From Halalkalibacterium halodurans (GTDB taxonomy: Bacteria; Bacillota; Bacilli; Bacillales; Bacillaceae_D): a DNA stretch of 32,000 nucleotides. The position numbers were made by a program, and so were the translations under genes. The notes under the pieces were generated by a model. The model saw only the letters and a program-made list of their open reading frames with translations, was not told where the DNA came from and did no database searches. The first letter of the stretch is position 1; every line of letters begins with the position of its first letter. Shown one piece after another: positions 26,122 to 32,000 of the stretch. The stretch spans positions 1 to 32,000 of the forward strand of contig NZ_SNUY01000022.1 in assembly GCF_004376175.1 (NCBI RefSeq), given 5' to 3'.

Positions 26122-27339
26122 TCATGAATAGGTATTACATGATAACCTATTCTCATCTAATGTTAAGTATGCATGATAGAATGCTTCATCTTGGGTGAGG
26201 GCTTCCTCAGCAGAATGTGGAAATGATCGTTCACGTAGGCGCACATATTGGTTGTGACCTGGGGCCTTTGCAAGTATCCTTGCTGAAACAAGTAGATCTA
26301 AATATCCTTTGATGGATTGTTCAAGATGAGAAAGGTGTTGAACGATAGGACGTAATTTGAATATGCGCTGGGATTGAAAGGAGCGTAAAACAGTGAGAAG
26401 TGGGAACGAAGCCATGAGCGGTTGCCGTTCGATGACATGGCATAATATCCAAGACTGCCAAAGGTATGTTGGAGTGGCAACCCATTCATGACCTTTGCTT
26501 GGCCAACCTGCTTCGATCGGAAACAACTGAGGATGTAAATTTTGTTCGTAGAACCATGATTGGAAGTGTCTTTGATCTGGTGAAGGGTAGGGGATTGGAT
26601 ATTGAAAACGCCACTGTTTCTTCTGCGTTAACCACGCATCGCTTGGTAAGCTTTCATGAGGTTTGAGAGAAGGATACACCCAATCTTGGAATGTTTGGTT
26701 AAGGTGAGCTTTTTCTTTTAGGACGGCTAACGTTTTTGTGAGAGAAATCGGGGTTATGTTTGAGAGGGTAAAAAACTTTAACGATGTTGGACAAAAATAC
26801 CGTAGATGTAAATGTTCGTATGGATCTTTGCATAAAGCTAACCATTCAAAGGATTGAAGGCGAAAATGAAACGTCCCTTCCCGGTTCAACCGATTGCCTC
26901 CAAGAACCCAAATAGGGTAAATCCCTGCTCGCTTGTAGCCGTCCGTCCGCTTTTTTATCTCTTGAAGGGGCAATGAGGAACATTGATATTCGACAGCAAC
27001 CAGTTGTTTATCCTTTCGAAGGAGAATATCTGGACGCTGCTGCAAAATCGGAAGATATACCTCTAGCGCCACTTCAAGCTTTTGCCGCTTTAGCCATTGA
27101 TACAATAACCGTTTTCCTGATAAATGATAATGAGATTCTGGTTCCGTTGAGACACGGCAAGCTTCTTTAGATTGATGGGCGAAATGCCATTGCCGTTGTG
27201 AGCCAATCTTCAGTACGAGCTTTTCCTTACAAGCTGGGCAGTAGAAGCCCTGCTTCTTCTGAAGCGATTGCAACACCTCCTTTTGCCAAGAGTCAAGCAA
27301 GTTAACGGTTTGTCCATTTTGTAATTTTGCTGTGAGCAT
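26122..27339 (-). CDS. coiA: Competence protein CoiA
   Basis: The N-terminus NGQ...YCPACKEKLVLKIGSQRQWHFAHQSKEAC and a central nuclease-like core, in the coiA (yjbF) position. Confidence 0.87.
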   Translation of the reverse strand: MLTAKLQNGQTVNLLDSWQKEVLQSLQKKQGFYCPACKEKLVLKIGSQRQWHFAHQSKEACRVSTEPESHYHLSGKRLLYQWLKRQKLEVALEVYLPILQQRPDILLRKDKQLVAVEYQCSSLPLQEIKKRTDGYKRAGIYPIWVLGGNRLNREGTFHFRLQSFEWLALCKDPYEHLHLRYFCPTSLKFFTLSNITPISLTKTLAVLKEKAHLNQTFQDWVYPSLKPHESLPSDAWLTQKKQWRFQYPIPYPSPDQRHFQSWFYEQNLHPQLFPIEAGWPSKGHEWVATPTYLWQSWILCHVIERQPLMASFPLLTVLRSFQSQRIFKLRPIVQHLSHLEQSIKGYLDLLVSARILAKAPGHNQYVRLRERSFPHSAEEALTQDEAFYHAYLTLDENRLSCNTYS

Positions 27340-27482
27340 AGCAGCACCTCCCTCCTATTCCATTCGACCTATTATTACAAAATCCTGCTTCGTTCACATT
27401 ATTTCTCAGGAAATAAAAGTGTACTAAGAAAAACTTGTCCTAATTGCCAATCCTATGTGACCGTATTTTATCCTTCTTAAAG

Positions 27483-27524
27483 TAAAAAAAAGACAGGAGC
27501 ATAAGCCCTATCTTCTTCTGTCTA
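27483..27524 (-). terminator. Terminator after cls; the stop codon lies inside the stem
   Basis: On the minus strand AGACAGAAG...CTCCTGTCT (9 bp with one G-U pair) is followed by T8. Confidence 0.55.
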
Positions 27525-29033
27525 TAGCAAAGGTGATAATAGCCGACAAGTGGATTCAAGTACGCGATAATACCAAGCTCTGTTTCTAAATTGCTCAAAG
27601 CGAATTTGATTTGTATGCTCCAAATCGTAGACAAAATCACTTACGAGTGTGGTTACACTTTTCGTGCGGTAAAGAAAAGCGTTCACTTCAAAATTCAAAT
27701 GGAAACTTCGCATATCCATGTTCGATGTTCCAATCGAAGCAATCTCATTATCGACGATAATAATTTTGCTATGAAGAAAGCCTCGTGTATATTCGTATAC
27801 TTTCACTCCCGCTTCAAGAAGCTCTGAAAAATAAGAGCGGGAAGCATGAAAAACAATCCGTTTATCTGGACGATTAGGAACGAGAATCCTAACATCAATA
27901 CCACTTAGGGCAGCAATTTTTAAAGCACTTAAAATATCTTCATCCGGGATGAAATATGGACTGGTGATCCAAATCGATTTCTTCGCTGATGTGATCATGG
28001 AAAAGAATAGCTTTTTATTAATTTCCCAACGAGTATCAGGACCACTCGCAATCATCTGGACACCGCCATCATCCTTCATATTTGTCAATGCTGGGGATAG
28101 GTAAGATGGCTTCAAAATCGTTTCTCCTGTTTCGTGGGCCCAATCCCGGAGGAAAATGAGCTGTAATGTACGTACAGCTTCTCCGCGAACATACAGATGG
28201 GTATCTCGCCAAAATCCGAAATATGGGTCTTTTCCTAAATATTCATCGCCAATATTTAAACCACCTACGAAGCCCACGGTTCCGTCGATGACGATAATCT
28301 TTCGGTGATTGCGGTAATTGATCGTATGATTAATAAACGGTAGCTTTACAGGGGCAAACGGAACAATCTCTACTCCGGCCTGCTTCAGATCCTGAATATA
28401 AGATTTAGAGAGCTTCCAGCTACCTACACCGTCATAAAGAAAACGTACATGAATTCCTTCCTTCGCTTTCTGCATTAGGATCTCTTTAATTTCCTGACCA
28501 ATTTCATCATCACGAACAATATAATATTCGAGATGAATATGATGCGTTGCCATTCGTAACGCTTGTTTAATATGGGCAAACGTTTCTTTCCCGTCTGTCA
28601 GCACTTTCGTATTGGTTGAAAATGAAATCGGATTGTTCGCTAGTCGATGAGCCAGTCGAAACAACAGTTGTTGATGACCACCCATTTTCTGTAACTGTTC
28701 TTCATTTAGCTGACGATTTCCCTCTATTTTTTCAAATGCCTCTTCATCTGATAATGCCTTTTTCATAAAGGTTTTACTTTTTCGATGATTTTGTCCGAAC
28801 ATCAAATAAAAGATGAAGCCAACGACTGGAAACACGGCAAGCACCATTAACCATGTTAACGTTTTTGTCGGGTGACGGTTTTCTAAAAAAATAACGATAC
28901 CTATAAAGACAACCGTGATGGTAATGAGTACACTAAAAACCCCGACAATCCAGCCTTGCCAAAACGAACGGGTAAGGTATAAACCTGTCGAAAGGATCAA
29001 TAAAAAGAGTAAGACGTTTAACCGATTTTTCAT
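27522..29033 (-). CDS. cls: Cardiolipin synthase
   Basis: Two N-terminal TM helices and two HKD motifs (HRKIIVIDG and HSKIIIVDN). Confidence 0.93.
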   Translation of the reverse strand: MKNRLNVLLFLLILSTGLYLTRSFWQGWIVGVFSVLITITVVFIGIVIFLENRHPTKTLTWLMVLAVFPVVGFIFYLMFGQNHRKSKTFMKKALSDEEAFEKIEGNRQLNEEQLQKMGGHQQLLFRLAHRLANNPISFSTNTKVLTDGKETFAHIKQALRMATHHIHLEYYIVRDDEIGQEIKEILMQKAKEGIHVRFLYDGVGSWKLSKSYIQDLKQAGVEIVPFAPVKLPFINHTINYRNHRKIIVIDGTVGFVGGLNIGDEYLGKDPYFGFWRDTHLYVRGEAVRTLQLIFLRDWAHETGETILKPSYLSPALTNMKDDGGVQMIASGPDTRWEINKKLFFSMITSAKKSIWITSPYFIPDEDILSALKIAALSGIDVRILVPNRPDKRIVFHASRSYFSELLEAGVKVYEYTRGFLHSKIIIVDNEIASIGTSNMDMRSFHLNFEVNAFLYRTKSVTTLVSDFVYDLEHTNQIRFEQFRNRAWYYRVLESTCRLLSPLL

Positions 29034-29189
29034 AGTGACGAGCTCCTATCTCATCTTTCTCGAATCTAGATCGTACAATTCCAACTTTTATTATACACGT
29101 ATCGTTTAGGAAAGAAAGACTCTCTCCTTTTCTTTAGATCTATACGAAATATAAAGAAAAAGGTTGCTAATTCTTAATAGTTTTTCCTG

Positions 29190-29222
29190 AAAGCAGAAAA
29201 ACGACCACTTCTCCTCAAGTGG
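29190..29222 (-). terminator. Possible terminator after mecA
   Basis: Short stem CCACTT/AAGTGG followed by TCGTTTTTCTGCTTT on the minus strand. Confidence 0.35.
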
Positions 29223-29249
29223 AGAAAGGCCGTCTAACAAACAATGTAC

Positions 29250-29888
29250 TTATGCACGTTTTGGAAATTGCTCACGTACTACCGTCAAAGCATTGCTATC
29301 AATGATCACCTTTCCATATTCCATAATCCGATAAATCGATAAATCCGACTCATAGCCATACTCTAACATTTGACTTAACATGTCATCCTGCTCATCTTCA
29401 CTGTACGTTTCATCGTTAAAGACGACGTGCAAGTAGTACGTTCCTTCAAAATGAACCAACGTGTTATTAATATCATCAATAAAGAAATTATGGCTAAGGT
29501 CAATAATGTCCTCAAAATCTGCAAAGCCGATCACAATTTCAAGCGACTCTTCAAGAAAATCATCTTCGGTCATCATAGAAGACTCTTGTCCTTGACCATC
29601 CCCATCTTCTTGGGTTACCGGAATCTCCAACTTCACATTTCCGTCAGAGATTTGCCCGCGAGTCACGACAATCTCCAACCCTTTTTCTAACGCATGGACT
29701 TGAATCCATAATGGACCTTCTAATTCAAAATCTTCCCGATCATTGGCCTCATTCATCATTTCAAAGAAGAGCTCTTCGCCCCGTTCGCGATTATACCAAA
29801 TCTCATCACGGTCAAAACCGCGTGATTCTATATCTTTATACGTTATAAAAAACTTTACTGTTGAATCGTTAATGCGTTCGATTTCCAT
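29250..29888 (-). CDS. mecA: Adaptor protein MecA
   Basis: MEIERINDSTVKFFITYKDIESRGF matches the B. subtilis MecA N-terminus, and AGGAGGGAGAG precedes ATG 29888. The track's additional 28 N-terminal codons are an over-extension. Confidence 0.92.
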   Translation of the reverse strand: MEIERINDSTVKFFITYKDIESRGFDRDEIWYNRERGEELFFEMMNEANDREDFELEGPLWIQVHALEKGLEIVVTRGQISDGNVKLEIPVTQEDGDGQGQESSMMTEDDFLEESLEIVIGFADFEDIIDLSHNFFIDDINNTLVHFEGTYYLHVVFNDETYSEDEQDDMLSQMLEYGYESDLSIYRIMEYGKVIIDSNALTVVREQFPKRA

Positions 29889-30285
29889 TTTTGCTCTCCC
29901 TCCTACTCTTTTAGAGGATTGTTTCGTTCGAGAATTTCCCTTTGAACGCAAATGACACTTCGACTCCACCATAGTGTAGGACTAAAATGGTGTAAAACCA
30001 AAAAAGCTTGGTCTTTTTGTTACCTCTATTTTATGATAAATCGGCTTGGATTGGAAACGAAAAAACCCGATTTCCAAAGATTTTTATGAAAATTTCTACG
30101 AATGGACTGTCATGTTAAGGACTGGACCTACTCTTCGATAATTTCAAGTTCTTATTTACGCCAATTTGTATAGATTGTATTAGTAGACAAGCAACACCGT
30201 CTATAATTTTTCATTCTCAACGATATAGCTCCAAATGTCAAGGATCTACGTTCTAGCAATCTTTAAAGCCAAAGGGTGATACAAC

Positions 30286-30957
30286 TTGTTCGATTTAGAC
30301 TTTATCCTATCTGTGATCACAATTATTGGCATCGATCTCATTTTAGGTGGAGATAACGCTATCGTCGTTGCTCTCGCGTGCCGTCACTTACCGAAGCAGC
30401 AACGAAATAAAGCGATCATGATTGGAATTGGCCTTGCACTACTCGTTCGCGTGCTCCTTACAATGGTTGCAGTTCAGCTATTGGAGATTCCATTTTTATT
30501 AGGCATTGGTGGTGCACTCTTGATTTATATTGCCTTTCAATTGCTAGTCGATAACAACAGTGAGCAAGAAATTAGCACAGGACCCACACTAGGGAGTGCG
30601 ATAAAAGCTATCGTCATTGCTGATTGTGTCATGGGATTTGATAACGTGTTGGCAATCGCTGGCGCTTCTCATGGGAACCCCATTCTCGTCATTACTGGCC
30701 TATTGATCTCTGTCCCAATCATCATTTGGGGGAGCAAACTCATTCTCGTTCTTTTTGATACATTTCCGATCATTGTCTACATTGGTGCAGGAATATTAGC
30801 CTTTACAGCCTCGCGCATGATTACGCATGAACCGATGCTAGCTCCCCTGTTTATTAATCAACCAGGTTTTATGATTTTCTTTCAGGTAACGGTTATCGCT
30901 TTTGTTTTAGCACTTGGTTATACTTGCAAAAATAAAAAGAAAAGCCACCTTGCATGA
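30286..30957 (+). CDS. yjbE: TerC-family integral membrane protein (YjbE-like)
   Basis: GGDNAIVVAL and GFDNVLAIAG are the paired TerC motifs. TTG start with AAAGGGTGAT upstream. Confidence 0.88.
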   Translation: MFDLDFILSVITIIGIDLILGGDNAIVVALACRHLPKQQRNKAIMIGIGLALLVRVLLTMVAVQLLEIPFLLGIGGALLIYIAFQLLVDNNSEQEISTGPTLGSAIKAIVIADCVMGFDNVLAIAGASHGNPILVITGLLISVPIIIWGSKLILVLFDTFPIIVYIGAGILAFTASRMITHEPMLAPLFINQPGFMIFFQVTVIAFVLALGYTCKNKKKSHLA

Positions 30958-30986
30958 CACAAGCTGACTTTGTGACTAATTTTCAT

Positions 30987-31433
<447 letters not shown>

Positions 31434-31587
31434 TTATACGAAACTTATTATACATGAATAGACAAGTTGTGCATAGCATTTATTGCTAAAACTACTATCC
31501 AATAACCAAATATAGACGAGACGACTAAAACACACATAGGGATCTTTCCCGTTCTCTCTCTATTTTAAACGAAAACCCATTCGACTT

Positions 31588-31616
31588 TCTATACATTTGT
31601 GTATGTTTAGTTACAA
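31588..31616 (-). promoter_or_regulatory. Candidate sigma-A promoter with an embedded palindrome upstream of spx
   Basis: The minus strand reads TTGTAA (31616-31611), 17-nt spacer, TATAGA (31593-31588). The inverted repeat ATACA-N4-TGTAT (31591-31604) overlaps the -10 element and the spacer. Confidence 0.25.
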
Positions 31617-31823
31617 TTTTAACAAAAACATTTGAATTCGTCTATTCCTTCGTATAACGAAAAGTATAAAAAATGAACTTAATTTTATTAGAAAAATGCA
31701 AAACGCCTACTTAAAAACGCACCGGCTGTCCTGAGCAACGGAGATAAAAAAATTAAGGTGAGCTGCAAACGGATGATCTCAGCCCCTTGCGCAAGGTATC
31801 TCACGATTAGACTTACTTGCTTA

Positions 31824-31852
31824 TAAAAAAACCTAGAGTTTTCTCTAGGTTT
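31824..31852 (-). terminator. Strong terminator after the right-edge small ORF
   Basis: On the minus strand AAACCTAGAG - AAAA - CTCTAGGTTT is followed by T7. Confidence 0.85.
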
Positions 31853-31865
31853 AGGGCTTCGTACG

Positions 31866-31991
31866 TTATCGCTTCGTCGATTGAGTGGCAGGTCCACGTC
31901 TAGGAGCTTTTAAATTTTTTAGATTTTTCTTAAGGAGTTCCTTCAGCAACTCCCTTTTCTTTCTTTGCTTTGCTTTCGTCCGCTTTTTCAT
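31866..31991 (-). CDS. Untracked, highly basic 41-aa ORF, or the C-terminus of a longer protein starting outside the window
   Basis: Encodes MKKRTKAKQRKKRELLKELLKKNLKNLKAPRRGPATQSTKR. Its stop lies 13 nt before a strong terminator. The frame stays open to the window edge, and any RBS would fall at or beyond position 32000. Confidence 0.35.
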   Translation of the reverse strand: MKKRTKAKQRKKRELLKELLKKNLKNLKAPRRGPATQSTKR

Positions 31992-32000
31992 GGACAACCA

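Noticed and set aside
27440-27640. 66-aa minus-strand ORF overlapping the end of cls.
   Set aside because: It is out of frame with cls, spans the cls terminator, and has no RBS.
29889-29972. 28-codon N-terminal extension of mecA in the ORF track (MVESKCHLRSKGNS...).
   Set aside because: The extension contains the RBS AGGAGGGAGAG for ATG 29888, and MEIERIN matches the known MecA N-terminus. The same over-extension logic applies to prpE (14643), comGA (3161), fabI (12307), yjbK (18836), yjbJ (19459), yjbH (22850) and the ORFs at 11009 and 23953.
30120-30285. Possible yybP-ykoY Mn2+ riboswitch ahead of the TerC-family gene.
   Set aside because: I could not find the conserved GGGGAGTAG / GAGAC-type core or the four-way junction pairing on the plus strand.

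Overview
Chromosomal segment from an endospore-forming Bacillaceae genome, roughly low-40s % GC by eye. It is collinear with, but inverted relative to, the Bacillus subtilis yjb-yjc region as I remember it. Reading right to left: spx, yjbE (TerC family), mecA, cls, coiA, pepF, yjbH, yjbI, an extra molybdopterin oxidoreductase, yjbJ, yjbK, yjbL, yjbM/relQ, ppnK, yjbO, a lipoprotein, prpE, yjbQ and fabI. Next comes a non-canonical, probably sporulation-related gene set where B. subtilis carries cotO and cotVWXYZ. After it come a yjcD-like UvrD-family helicase coupled to an HD hydrolase, a solitary tRNA-Gln, a comGA-comGB pair with no pseudopilin genes, bsaA, and the 5' end of an ISLre2-type transposase at the left edge. 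Most of the window is conserved housekeeping DNA. Five places look worth following up: (a) the 7.6-11.5 kb spore-surface-like locus, which has three sigma-K-type promoter matches, a CgeB-like glycosyltransferase, a Pro/Trp-rich protein and an untracked 43-aa ORF; (b) the helicase, whose N-terminus repeats the CoiA N-terminal Cys/His pattern; (c) the orphan comGA-comGB pair beside an IS element; (d) the roughly 480-bp noncoding region upstream of spx; (e) a second untracked small basic ORF at the right edge. I found no CRISPR array, rRNA or recognisable defence system. Family assignments come from remembered sequences and motifs, not from searches. Several ORF-track starts look like N-terminal over-extensions and are corrected below on RBS and homolog grounds.
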